From NCBI GenBank assembly GCA_043812655.1, contig JBDRLW010000003.1, positions 1 to 64,000 of the forward strand: a stretch of 64,000 bases of DNA, written 5' to 3'. Under the pieces are notes generated by a model. The model was not told the origin of the DNA. It did not search any database and worked only from the letters and a program-made list of their open reading frames with translations. Of the stretch, positions 51,166 to 59,830 are shown piece after piece. The stretch comes from a bacterium (GTDB lineage Bacteria; Margulisbacteria; WOR-1; O2-12-FULL-45-9; XYB2-FULL-48-7). Each line of letters starts with the position of its first letter. Within the stretch, counting starts at the first letter, position 1. A program made the position numbers and the translations under genes.

Positions 51166-51585
51166 TTACCCCATCTGTCCCGCCTTCGGCGGGACATCTT
51201 CCCCTTGGTAAGGGGAAGAATATAAGGAATTATCAATCTTATCTCGAATACTAGCAATCACTTGTTCAAGATTATTAAAAACCTCTTCATTTGTAAAACG
51301 AATGAAATTGATTTCTAAACATTCTATCAATTTCTGTCGTGCTTTATCATAATTGCGTTGATTTCTACTAAGATGATAACCACCATCAATTTCAATTCCC
51401 AACCTGACTTCTGGTGAATAAAAATCAATCACAAAACCCTTAATGCTATATTGTCTTCGGAACTTATGCCCATTAACTTTTCGTTTTCTTATTTGTTCCC
51501 ATAATATTTTCTCGGCTTCCGTCATATTCTTACGCAGTATTTGTCTTTTTTCTCGATCACGACTTCTATTATATATCTTTGTCAT
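51166..51585 (-). CDS. DUF559 (Vsr-like) endonuclease
   Basis: LRK.MT.AE..LW, KFRRQ, IDFY, IEIDG..H, YD..R and RF.NEEV. Confidence 0.9.
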   Translation of the reverse strand: MTKIYNRSRDREKRQILRKNMTEAEKILWEQIRKRKVNGHKFRRQYSIKGFVIDFYSPEVRLGIEIDGGYHLSRNQRNYDKARQKLIECLEINFIRFTNEEVFNNLEQVIASIRDKIDNSLYSSPYQGEDVPPKAGQMG

Positions 51586-51685
51586 AAACGCTGATTCTCC
51601 CCTATCTTTAACGCCGATATCTCCCCCTTACCAAGGGGGAGATTATAGAGGGGGTAATCCATGTCACGAAGTGACAGAGGGGGTA
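51167..51685. mobile_element. Putative DUF559 element bounded by inverted palindromic repeats
   Basis: Left repeat 51167-51219 and right repeats 51620-51656 and 51661-51685 are inverted copies (TACCCC.TCT...TC.CCCCTTGGTAAGGGG.AGA). Confidence 0.6.
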
Positions 51686-54600
51686 TGATAATCCTGCAGT
51701 GCCTTAACATCAAACCCTTTCTTCTTCGCGGCTTCAATGCCATTAACCGTAGCCTGGGCGCCAGAGATGGTGGTAATAAGAGGAATGTTATGCATAACCG
51801 CAGCGGAGCGGATCTTGGTTTCATCAACCTTGGTCTGCTTGCCGCCAGGAGTATTTATTAGAAGTGAAATCTCCCCTTTATTAACTAAATCAAGAATGTC
51901 ATTGCCACTTTCGCTTAATTTTTGAATAACTTCACAATCAATCCCGTTCTTCTTTAATACTCCGCCCGTCCCAGCCGTAGCCACAATGGAGAAGCCTAGG
52001 TCAGCCAATTTTTTAACAATATAAACGATCGACCGCTTATCCCGGTTGTTGACCGAAACAAAGATCTTCCCCTTTAATGGTAAATTCTGCCCTGCCGCAA
52101 TCTGCGACTTCATAAAAGCAGTCCCAAAATCGTTATCGATCCCCATCACTTCACCGGTTGAGCGCATCTCGGGACCCAAGATCGCATCGGCTCCAGGGAA
52201 ACGATTAAACGGAAAGACCGCTTCTTTAACCGAGACATGTTTAGGCTCAACTTCGGTTAAAATCCCTTGCTGTTTTAGCGTTTTGCCAATCATCACCTTG
52301 GTCGCCACTTTGGCCCAAGGAACACCGGTTGCCTTGGAGACAAAGGGAACGGTCCGTGAAGCCCGGGGATTGACCTCCAAAACATAGACCCGATCATTCT
52401 TGACCGCGAATTGGATATTCATTAAACCTTTAACTTTGAGCTCTTTAGCCATGGCATAAGTATTATGCTTAATGGTTTCAATGATATCGGCGCTTAAAGA
52501 AAATGGGGGTAATGAACAAGCGGAATCTCCCGAATGGATCCCCGCTTCTTCGATATGCTCCATGATACCGCAAACCACCGTCTGCTTCCCATCAGAGACC
52601 GCGTCAACATCAACTTCGATCGCGTCTTCCAAAAACTTATCGACCAAAACTGGATGTTCAGGCGAAACTTGAACTGCTGTTGACATAAATTCATCTAGGT
52701 CTTTATCGTCATAAACAAGCCGCATTGCCCGGCCGCCTAAGACGTACGAGGGCCGGACCAAACAAGGATAACCGATCTTTTTGGCGATCTTCCGCGCTTC
52801 CTTGGTTGAGTAAACGGTCCCGTTTGGCGCTTGATGCAATTTTAATTTTTTAAGCATGGCCGCGAAGCGTTTGCGGTCTTCCGCCCGGTCGATCTGCTTT
52901 GGGGAAGTCCCAATTATTCTTGCCCCTGCTTCTTTTAAAGGCAGAGCCAGATTCAACGGCGTTTGGCCGCCAAACTGGACAATGATCCCATCAGGCCTTT
53001 CTTTTTCAATGATACTTAGAACATCTTCCCGCGTTAATGGTTCAAAATAAAGTTTGTCGGAAGTATCATAATCGGTCGAAACCGTTTCGGGGTTGGAATT
53101 GACCATGATCGATTCGATCCCTTCTTCCCGCAAGGCGAACGAGGCATGGACGCAGCAATAATCAAATTCGATCCCTTGCCCGATCCGATTCGGACCGCCG
53201 CCTAAGATCATTACCTTCTTTTTTTGGGTTCGCTTTACTTCATCTTCTTGCTCATAAGTCGAGTAATAATAAGGCGTGTAAGCTTCAAACTCAGCCGCGC
53301 AGGTATCGACCAGTTTATAAACTGGCGCGACCCCAAGCGCATTTCGCTTGGCATAAATTTCTTTTTCGGTTTTCCCGATCAAATAAGCCAGCTGTTTATC
53401 AGAAAATCCGCATTGCTTAGCTTGATACAACAAATCTTTCTCTTCTAATATTCCCGGACCTTGGACCTTGATCCTGGTCTCTTCTTCTATTATCTCAACG
53501 ATATTTTCTAAGAACCACGGATCAACCTTGGTCAATTCATAGACCTTTTTTACCTGCATCCCCGTTTTAAGAGCGTGCTTAATATAGAAAATCCGGCGGT
53601 CATTGGGTGTCTTTAACTTTTCAATTAATAATTCTTCTTTGATAAATTCTTTGCCGTCAGCCCCCAACCCCGCCCGGCCAACTTCGAGCGAGCGCAAACC
53701 TTTCTGCAGCGCTTCTTTAAATGTCCGCCCGATCGCCATCGTTTCACCAACCGACTTCATTGAGGTGCCGATTACAGCCGGAGTATCGGGGAACTTCTCA
53801 AACGTGAACCGGGGGATCTTCACTACGCAATAATCGATCGACGGCTCAAACGAGGCCGGAGTTTCTTTGGTTATATCATTGGGGATTTCATCTAATGTAT
53901 AGCCGACCGCCAACTTGGCCGCGATCTTGGCGATCGGAAAACCGGTCGCTTTTGATGCCAAGGCTGACGAACGGGAAACTCGCGGATTCATTTCAATTAT
54001 CACCATTCGCCCGGTATCTGGATGGACACCAAATTGGATATTGGAACCACCGGTTTCAACCCCGATCGCTCGGATCGCCGCTAGCGACTGGTCACGCATC
54101 TTTTGGTATTCTCTATCGGTTAAGGTTTGTGCTGGTGCCACAGTGATCGAATCACCAGTGTGAACCCCCATCGCGTCAAGATTCTCGATCGAACAGATAA
54201 TGACAACATTATCTTTCTTGTCACGCATCACCTCAAGTTCGTACTCTTTCCAACCAGTCAGGTCTTCTTCAATTAATACTTCGGAAGTCGGTGAAAGTTC
54301 CAGTCCTTTGCTCACTACTTCTTTATATTCTTCCATCGTGTGGGCAACGCCAGAACCAGTGCCGCCAAGCGTAAAACTGGGACGAATAATAACTGGTAAA
54401 CCAACACCATCGATCTTTTTTAGAGCTTCTTCAATCGTCTTGGCAAAAAAGCTCTTCGGAAGATCAAGCCCCGCTTCTTCCATCGCTTTTTTGAAGAGTT
54501 CTCGATTTTCCGCTTTTTTGATCGCTTTAACATCGGCCCCGATCATCTCGATCCCATATTTATCAAGGATCCCTGTTTCGGCAATCCCGATCGCGGTATT

Positions 54601-54888
54601 AAGCGCTGTTTGTCCGCCAATTGTCGGCAAGATCGCCTGCGGCCGCTCTTTTTCAATGATCTTGCAGCACATTTCCACCGTGATCGGTTCGATATAAGTC
54701 CGATGCGCCATTTCGGGGTCGGTCATGATCGTGGCTGGGTTGGAATTAATTAAAACAATCTCATACCCTTCTTCGCGCAAGGCTTTACACGCCTGCGAAC
54801 CAGAATAATCAAATTCGCAGGCCTGACCAATTATGATCGGCCCCGCGCCAATGATCATTATTTTTTTTATGTCCGTCCTCTTAGGCAT
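51664..54888 (-). CDS. carB: Carbamoyl-phosphate synthase large subunit
   Basis: MPKRTD start, [10 protein letters not shown], two ATP-grasp domains and MGS domain. Confidence 0.98.
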   Translation of the reverse strand: MPKRTDIKKIMIIGAGPIIIGQACEFDYSGSQACKALREEGYEIVLINSNPATIMTDPEMAHRTYIEPITVEMCCKIIEKERPQAILPTIGGQTALNTAIGIAETGILDKYGIEMIGADVKAIKKAENRELFKKAMEEAGLDLPKSFFAKTIEEALKKIDGVGLPVIIRPSFTLGGTGSGVAHTMEEYKEVVSKGLELSPTSEVLIEEDLTGWKEYELEVMRDKKDNVVIICSIENLDAMGVHTGDSITVAPAQTLTDREYQKMRDQSLAAIRAIGVETGGSNIQFGVHPDTGRMVIIEMNPRVSRSSALASKATGFPIAKIAAKLAVGYTLDEIPNDITKETPASFEPSIDYCVVKIPRFTFEKFPDTPAVIGTSMKSVGETMAIGRTFKEALQKGLRSLEVGRAGLGADGKEFIKEELLIEKLKTPNDRRIFYIKHALKTGMQVKKVYELTKVDPWFLENIVEIIEEETRIKVQGPGILEEKDLLYQAKQCGFSDKQLAYLIGKTEKEIYAKRNALGVAPVYKLVDTCAAEFEAYTPYYYSTYEQEDEVKRTQKKKVMILGGGPNRIGQGIEFDYCCVHASFALREEGIESIMVNSNPETVSTDYDTSDKLYFEPLTREDVLSIIEKERPDGIIVQFGGQTPLNLALPLKEAGARIIGTSPKQIDRAEDRKRFAAMLKKLKLHQAPNGTVYSTKEARKIAKKIGYPCLVRPSYVLGGRAMRLVYDDKDLDEFMSTAVQVSPEHPVLVDKFLEDAIEVDVDAVSDGKQTVVCGIMEHIEEAGIHSGDSACSLPPFSLSADIIETIKHNTYAMAKELKVKGLMNIQFAVKNDRVYVLEVNPRASRTVPFVSKATGVPWAKVATKVMIGKTLKQQGILTEVEPKHVSVKEAVFPFNRFPGADAILGPEMRSTGEVMGIDNDFGTAFMKSQIAAGQNLPLKGKIFVSVNNRDKRSIVYIVKKLADLGFSIVATAGTGGVLKKNGIDCEVIQKLSESGNDILDLVNKGEISLLINTPGGKQTKVDETKIRSAAVMHNIPLITTISGAQATVNGIEAAKKKGFDVKALQDYHTPSVTS

Positions 54889-56014
54889 GTCTCGACTCAC
54901 TTCGTTCGCTCGACATTAAACTTGCGAAGTCATTAAACAAGTAATGGGCATCATGCGGTCCTGGTCCCGCCTCCGGATGATATTGGACAGAAAAGATCGG
55001 TAAGGTTTTATGTTTCATCCCTTCAACTGTCTTATCATTTAAATTAATGTGGGTCAGCTCGACCGTTCCTTTGGGAATGGAATCGATATCAACAGCAAAC
55101 CCATGGTTTTGGGCAGTGATAGCCACTTTTCTCGTCTGCAAATCCATAACCGGTTGGTTGCCGCCATGATGGCCAAACTTTAATTTATAGGTCTTGCCGC
55201 CTAAAGCTAGCCCTAACAATTGGTGTCCCAAACAGATCCCAAAGATCGGTTTCTTCCCGATTAGTTGTTTAATATTTTTGATCGCGTAAGTCACCGCCGC
55301 TGGATCAGCTGGCCCGTTAGACAGGAATATCCCGTCTGGATTCATGGCCATGACTTTTTCCGCCGGAAAATCGGCGGGGACAACAGTGACTCGACAACCC
55401 GCCGCAACAAGATTATTTAGAATACTAAACTTGATCCCATAATCATACGCCACCACATTAAATTCAGGCTTTCTACATTCATTGGTCATTGGAAATTGGT
55501 CATTGGTCATTTTCCACTCATGCGGCTCTTTACAAGTAACGGTCTTAACCAGATCAACCCCTTCAACTCCCTGACAATTTTTGGCTCTCCTTATCAAATG
55601 CCTTTCATTTAAATCAACTGTCGAGATTATTCCTTTCAAAGAACCCTTTGTCCGCAGCCGCCGAGTTAACATCCGGGTATCGATCCCTTCGATCCCCACG
55701 ATCCCATATTTTTTAAGATAGTCGCCAAGCCCGCTGGTCGAGCGGAAATTTGAAGCTATCCTTGAATTTTCCCTGACAATAAAACCTTCGCATTGGGGGA
55801 TGGTCGACTCCAGGTCTTCTTCATTAACACCGTAATTGCCGATCAAGGGGTAAGTCATCGTTACGATCTGGCCTTTGTAGGAAGGATCGGTCAAGATTTC
55901 TTGATAACCAGAAAGAGAGGTATTGAAAACGATCTCCCCGCTCTTCTCACCCTCGGAGCCAAAAGAGCGACCATGAAAAACCGTCCCATCTTCTAAAGCT
56001 AAAACTGCTTTCAT
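54881..56014 (-). CDS. carA: Carbamoyl-phosphate synthase small subunit
   Basis: [21 protein letters not shown] and QYHPE; start MKAVL. Confidence 0.97.
   Translation of the reverse strand: MKAVLALEDGTVFHGRSFGSEGEKSGEIVFNTSLSGYQEILTDPSYKGQIVTMTYPLIGNYGVNEEDLESTIPQCEGFIVRENSRIASNFRSTSGLGDYLKKYGIVGIEGIDTRMLTRRLRTKGSLKGIISTVDLNERHLIRRAKNCQGVEGVDLVKTVTCKEPHEWKMTNDQFPMTNECRKPEFNVVAYDYGIKFSILNNLVAAGCRVTVVPADFPAEKVMAMNPDGIFLSNGPADPAAVTYAIKNIKQLIGKKPIFGICLGHQLLGLALGGKTYKLKFGHHGGNQPVMDLQTRKVAITAQNHGFAVDIDSIPKGTVELTHINLNDKTVEGMKHKTLPIFSVQYHPEAGPGPHDAHYLFNDFASLMSSERSESRHA
54887..54916. repeat. CTCGAC/GCTCG hairpin repeat in the carA 3' end
   Basis: 54889-54914 is 25/26 identical to 59707-59732. Confidence 0.85.
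55479..55513. repeat. Heptamer tandem repeat inside carA
   Basis: tcattgg tcattgg aaattgg tcattgg tcatttt. Confidence 0.85.
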
Positions 56015-56022
56015 TTTGTCAT

Positions 56023-56056
56023 AAAAAAAGCGCCTGGCAAAAAACTCCACGCGCTT
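56023..56056 (-). terminator. Hairpin plus U-tract upstream of carA (terminator or attenuator)
   Basis: AAGCGC-G-TGG...CCA-G-GCGCTT followed by a T-run. Confidence 0.5.
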
Positions 56057-56073
56057 AGTCCCATTAAAGCAAA

Positions 56074-56082
56074 ATTATAACA
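56074..56082 (-). promoter_or_regulatory. Extended -10 promoter for carAB
   Basis: TGtTATAAT on the minus strand. Confidence 0.5.
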
Positions 56083-56098
56083 GCTTTAAGTTGTCCGG

Positions 56099-56923
56099 TC
56101 AAACTGAGAAGATCTCAACCCCACTATCAGCAGTTTCAACATAATAACTTCGACCATATTCTTTGCGGATCTCGCGTAATTTTTTATCATCAGCCGGGAA
56201 ACCAAAGACGCTCGAGCCACTTCCCGACATCTGCGCAAAAGTACAACCCAATTCCAGCATTCGATCCTTAACTTTTTGAATGACCGGATATTTCTTTATC
56301 ACTACAGATTCTAAATCGTTCTTACTACCTTCATTTTTCATTTTGCATTTTTCATTTTTCATTTGACTCTCATCCCATGCGTCATATGCCCATTTTGTAG
56401 AGACCTCAACTTCAGGAATTACTAAAAGGTAATTACGCGTTTCGTTTAACGTATTACGCGTTACCCTTTCCCCCCGCCCCTTCACCGTACAATTCCCCCC
56501 CATAATGCAAAAAGGAACATCGGAACCGATCTTAGCGCCTACGACCATTAGCTCTTCCTGGCTAAGCTTCTTACCATATATATTATTAAGGCCGACCAAA
56601 ACCGCGGCGGCATCTGCCGAACCCCCAGCCAGCCCTGCCCCCACCGGGATCTGCTTCTCAATATATATCTTTATTCCGCTACTCCCTACCCCCTGCACCC
56701 TAAAAAACTCTTCTGCCGCCTTATAAGCTAAATTCTTATTATTAGTTGGTAGCTGTAAATTGGTCGTAATGACTTCAATGCCGGAGTCAATTGGAGTTAA
56801 TGTAAGAGTATCAAAAAGAGTGACCGACTGCATGACCGACTCGAGTTCATGGTAGCTATCTTGGCGAGTCCCCAGGATTTTAAGCGAGAGGTTGATCTTG
56901 GCAAAAGCTTTAAGCTTCAGCAC
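56099..56923 (-). CDS. ispE: 4-diphosphocytidyl-2-C-methyl-D-erythritol kinase
   Basis: AKINL.L, GAGLAGGSADAAA, GSDVPF and MSGSGS. Confidence 0.96.
   Translation of the reverse strand: MLKLKAFAKINLSLKILGTRQDSYHELESVMQSVTLFDTLTLTPIDSGIEVITTNLQLPTNNKNLAYKAAEEFFRVQGVGSSGIKIYIEKQIPVGAGLAGGSADAAAVLVGLNNIYGKKLSQEELMVVGAKIGSDVPFCIMGGNCTVKGRGERVTRNTLNETRNYLLVIPEVEVSTKWAYDAWDESQMKNEKCKMKNEGSKNDLESVVIKKYPVIQKVKDRMLELGCTFAQMSGSGSSVFGFPADDKKLREIRKEYGRSYYVETADSGVEIFSV
56330..56364. repeat. Heptamer tandem repeat inside ispE
   Basis: ttcattt ttcattt tgcattt ttcattt ttcattt. Confidence 0.85.
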
Positions 56924-57199
56924 TTATTTGTTTTTGTTAAAAGCGATCATCAAGCGTGATTTCAAGCGGGCTGCTTTATTCGCATGGATGATCCCGCGTT
57001 CGGCCGCTTTATCAAGGATAGAAACAACTTGCTTCAGTTTATCGGCCGCCTCGGCAATTTTACCAGTGATCGCGGTCCTGGCAGCCTTAATGGCTTTCTT
57101 TATGGTATCTTTTTCTTTGATATTGCGTGCGCGCCGCTTCTTGGTCTGGCGGACGTTCTTAATTCCTTTTCGTTTAACAACTTTTTTCTTTTCTGCCAT
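56924..57199 (-). CDS. rpsT: 30S ribosomal protein S20
   Basis: RQ..KRR.RN and LDKAA..GIIH.NKAAR.KSRL; AGGAG RBS. Confidence 0.95.
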   Translation of the reverse strand: MAEKKKVVKRKGIKNVRQTKKRRARNIKEKDTIKKAIKAARTAITGKIAEAADKLKQVVSILDKAAERGIIHANKAARLKSRLMIAFNKNK

Positions 57200-57229
57200 T
57201 TTTCTCCTCCTAAACAGGATCAACTACAA

Positions 57230-57259
57230 TTGACATGATAACACAAATAATAGTAAAAT
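57230..57259 (+). promoter_or_regulatory. Sigma70 promoter for accD
   Basis: TTGACA, 18-bp spacer, TAAAAT. Confidence 0.5.
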
Positions 57260-57270
57260 ATCAAGCTAGA

Positions 57271-58128
57271 TTGAGTATAAGCGATTGGTTTAAACGAAAA
57301 AAGCTGGCTCAGGAAGCCACCGCAACCCGCGCCCGACTAGATATCCCCAATAATTTATGGGTCAAGTGCGGTCAGTGCGGTACGGCTATTTATAAGAAAG
57401 ATCTGGAAGCCAACCAAAAAGTTTGCCCCAAATGTGAATTTCATTTTAAGGTGAGCTCGGCCGAAAGGATCGCCCAGTTATTTGAGCCGGAAAGTTTTGT
57501 GGAGATCAACCACGATATTACTTCGAAAAACTTCCTTGATTTCTCCGACACTAAAAATTACACCGCCAGGATCGATGGATCGATCGCTAAATCAGGGCTG
57601 AAAGACGCCATCGTTACCGGCACCGGCAAGATCGGCCAGCATGAAGTCGCCTTTGGCGGGATGGATTTTTCTTTCATGGGGGGAAGCATGGGTTCGGTCG
57701 TCGGGGAGAAAATTGCCCGATTGATAGAGGTCGCTGTTGAGCAGAAGATCCCGGTCATTATTGTCTCAACCTCCGGCGGGGCCAGGATGCAGGAAAGCAT
57801 AATGTCGCTGATGCAAATGGCTAAAACTTCCGCTGCCCTGGGACGCCTGCGGGAAAACGGCCTCCCCTATATTTCAATTTTAACCGACCCAACAACCGGC
57901 GGCGTTTCCGCCAGCTACGCCATGCTGGGCGATATTAATATCGCGGAACCGGGCGCTCTTATCTGTTTTGCCGGTCCCCGGGTAATTGAACAAACGATCA
58001 GGCAAAAACTCCCGCCCGGTTTTCAACGGGCTGAATTCTTGCAAGAGCACGGGATGATCGACGTAGTGTGCTCAAGAAAACATTTAAAAGAAACATTAAC
58101 AAGAATATTAAAATTCTTTAAAAATTAG
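57271..58128 (+). CDS. accD: Acetyl-CoA carboxylase carboxyltransferase beta subunit
   Basis: LWVKC..C/C..C zinc finger, FMGGSMG, SGGARMQE and PTTGGV; TTG start (MSISDWF) inferred. Confidence 0.96.
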   Translation: MSISDWFKRKKLAQEATATRARLDIPNNLWVKCGQCGTAIYKKDLEANQKVCPKCEFHFKVSSAERIAQLFEPESFVEINHDITSKNFLDFSDTKNYTARIDGSIAKSGLKDAIVTGTGKIGQHEVAFGGMDFSFMGGSMGSVVGEKIARLIEVAVEQKIPVIIVSTSGGARMQESIMSLMQMAKTSAALGRLRENGLPYISILTDPTTGGVSASYAMLGDINIAEPGALICFAGPRVIEQTIRQKLPPGFQRAEFLQEHGMIDVVCSRKHLKETLTRILKFFKN

Positions 58129-58136
58129 GTAACGAT

Positions 58137-58202
58137 GGAACCTGAGAATGAAATTCTCGGTTCCATAGAAAACCGGAACCGCGACTTTTAGTCGCAGGTT
58201 CC
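58137..58202. repeat. REP-like inverted doublet (two 28-nt palindromes)
   Basis: 58137-58164 and 58175-58202; homologous doublet at 59975-60040. Confidence 0.85.
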
Positions 58203-58218
58203 GAATAAAGGAATTAAA

Positions 58219-59190
58219 ATGGCAAAAATAAATAATAACAAACCAAAACTCCTCCTCGAAAAACCGCTGGAGGAGCTTTACGCTAAGATCGAAAAATTAA
58301 AAGTCCTTCAGGAATCCGGCAAAATGGACATGACCGAGGAGATCAAAATGCTGGAGAAAAGGATCGAAAATACCCGTAAAGAAATATTCTCCAAGATTAC
58401 GCCGATCCAATGCGTCCAAGTTGCCCGTTACATTATGAGACCGACTACGCTTGATTATATCGATCTGCTATTTAAAGACTTTGTTGAACTCCATGGCGAT
58501 CGTAATTTTTCTGACGATCCAGCTTTAGTTACCGGGATCGCCAATCTCGATGGCCGCTCGGTCATTGTGATGGGCCACCAAAAAGGCCATTCAACCAAAG
58601 AAAATATTGCCCGCAATTTTGGGATGGCAAATCCTGAAGGCTACCGCAAAGCCCTCCGGCTAATGCGCCTGGCCGAGCGTTACAACAAGCCGATCATTTC
58701 TTTTGTTGATACGCCGGGAGCATATTGCGGTTTAGGCGCTGAAGAACGTGGCCAAGCCGAAGCGATCGCTAAAAACCTTCGGGAAATGGCAGAGCTGACT
58801 GTCCCCTTTATTTCCATTATTACTGGTGAGGGTGGCTCTGGAGGGGCGCTAGGAATAGCGATGGGAAATAAAGTTTTGATGCTTGAATATTCAATTTATT
58901 CGGTGATCTCCCCCGAAGGCTGCGCCTCGATCCTTTTCCGTGACGCATCACGCGCTAATGAAGCGGCTAATGCGATGAGGATCACCGCGCCAGACCTGCT
59001 TGAACTCGGGGTAATTGATGAAGTGATCAAAGAACCGATCGGCGGCGCGCACAACGATCCGGCCTTTATGGCCAAAAATATCAAGGCCGCCATTTTAAAA
59101 CATCTAGAACCGCTTCTCTCCCTCTCTCACCGCGAGCTAATAGCCGACCGGTACAACAAATACCGGAAGATGGGAATTTTTAACGGATAA
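58219..59190 (+). CDS. accA: Acetyl-CoA carboxylase carboxyltransferase alpha subunit
   Basis: ELHGDR, PEGYRKA, DTPGAY, GEGGSGGA and SVISPEG. Confidence 0.97.
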   Translation: MAKINNNKPKLLLEKPLEELYAKIEKLKVLQESGKMDMTEEIKMLEKRIENTRKEIFSKITPIQCVQVARYIMRPTTLDYIDLLFKDFVELHGDRNFSDDPALVTGIANLDGRSVIVMGHQKGHSTKENIARNFGMANPEGYRKALRLMRLAERYNKPIISFVDTPGAYCGLGAEERGQAEAIAKNLREMAELTVPFISIITGEGGSGGALGIAMGNKVLMLEYSIYSVISPEGCASILFRDASRANEAANAMRITAPDLLELGVIDEVIKEPIGGAHNDPAFMAKNIKAAILKHLEPLLSLSHRELIADRYNKYRKMGIFNG

Positions 59191-59202
59191 ATATTTGGTA
59201 AA

Positions 59203-59372
59203 TGCCGCGGAGAGGAATTGAACCTCCATGGGTTTAACCCCGCTAGCTCCTGAAGTCCCGCTTCATTAATATTTTATCATAATGACTTGCGGGATCCCGA
59301 CGATTACATTATTATCATATCTTAATGACCGTCGGGACTAGTGCGCCCGCCTTCGGCGGGTAAATCTGCCAG
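59203..59372 (-). pseudogene. Interrupted partial copy of tRNA-Leu(CAG)
   Basis: Matches the intact gene from D-loop to 3' end, except 2 acceptor bases, once inserts 59256-59337 and 59346-59364 are removed. Confidence 0.85.
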
Positions 59373-59394
59373 ATAATAAACTTGCTTCTTCAAA

Positions 59395-59478
59395 TGCCCA
59401 GGAGAGGAATTGAACCTCCATGGGTTTAACCCCGCTAGCTCCTGAAGCTAGTGCGTCTGCCAGTTCCGCCACCTGGGC
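59395..59478 (-). tRNA. tRNA-Leu(CAG)
   Basis: GCCCAGG acceptor, CTAGC-TTCAGGA-GCTAG anticodon arm, long variable arm, GTTCAAT; CCA not encoded. Confidence 0.96.
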
Positions 59479-59549
59479 ATTTGAAGGTGGAAATATTCTC
59501 TCATAAATTGACTGCTGATTCAAGATATTTTTCTGAAAAAAAAGGAGAT

Positions 59550-59604
59550 AGTTCCGCTTTACCCGCCACAGGTGGGTTTACCCGCCGCAGGCGGGCATAG
59601 CGGC
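59550..59604 (-). pseudogene. tRNA-Leu 5' fragment interrupted by two tandem 19-nt hairpins
   Basis: GCCGCTATG [38 nt, 59558-59595] GCGGAACT. Confidence 0.65.
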
Positions 59605-59610
59605 ATAAAA

Positions 59611-59695
59611 TGCCGCTGGCCGGAGTTGAACCGGCACGGGGGTTAACCCCACTTGATTTTGAGTCAAGCGCGTCTGCCAATTCCACCACAGCGGC
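59611..59695 (-). tRNA. tRNA-Leu(CAA)
   Basis: GCCGCTG acceptor, CTTGA-CTCAAAA-TCAAG anticodon arm, variable arm, GTTCAAC; CCA not encoded. Confidence 0.96.
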
Positions 59696-59760
59696 ATTTC
59701 GACTCCGTCTCGACTCACTGCGTTCGCTCGACGTCGCTCAATGCCGAGAGAAGCCGAGAC

Positions 59761-59816
59761 ATTCCACTTTACCCGCCTGCCTACCGGCAGGCAAGCCGTA
59801 GGCGGGCACAGCGGCA
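59761..59816 (-). pseudogene. tRNA-Leu(CAA) 5' fragment interrupted by a nested hairpin element
   Basis: Removing 59768-59806 leaves 17/17 identity to 59680-59696. Confidence 0.8.
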
Positions 59817-59830
59817 CGACAACTATGGTG

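Noticed and set aside
51582..51861. Small ORFs at the carB 3' end
   Set aside because: Alternative frames across carB and the palindromic repeats
59256..59337. Group I or BHB tRNA intron
   Set aside because: Too short, no catalytic core or BHB motif, and the host copy lacks a contiguous 5' end
59203..59478. Prophage or island attL/attR at tRNA-Leu
   Set aside because: The copies are 22 bp apart with no integrase or cargo between them
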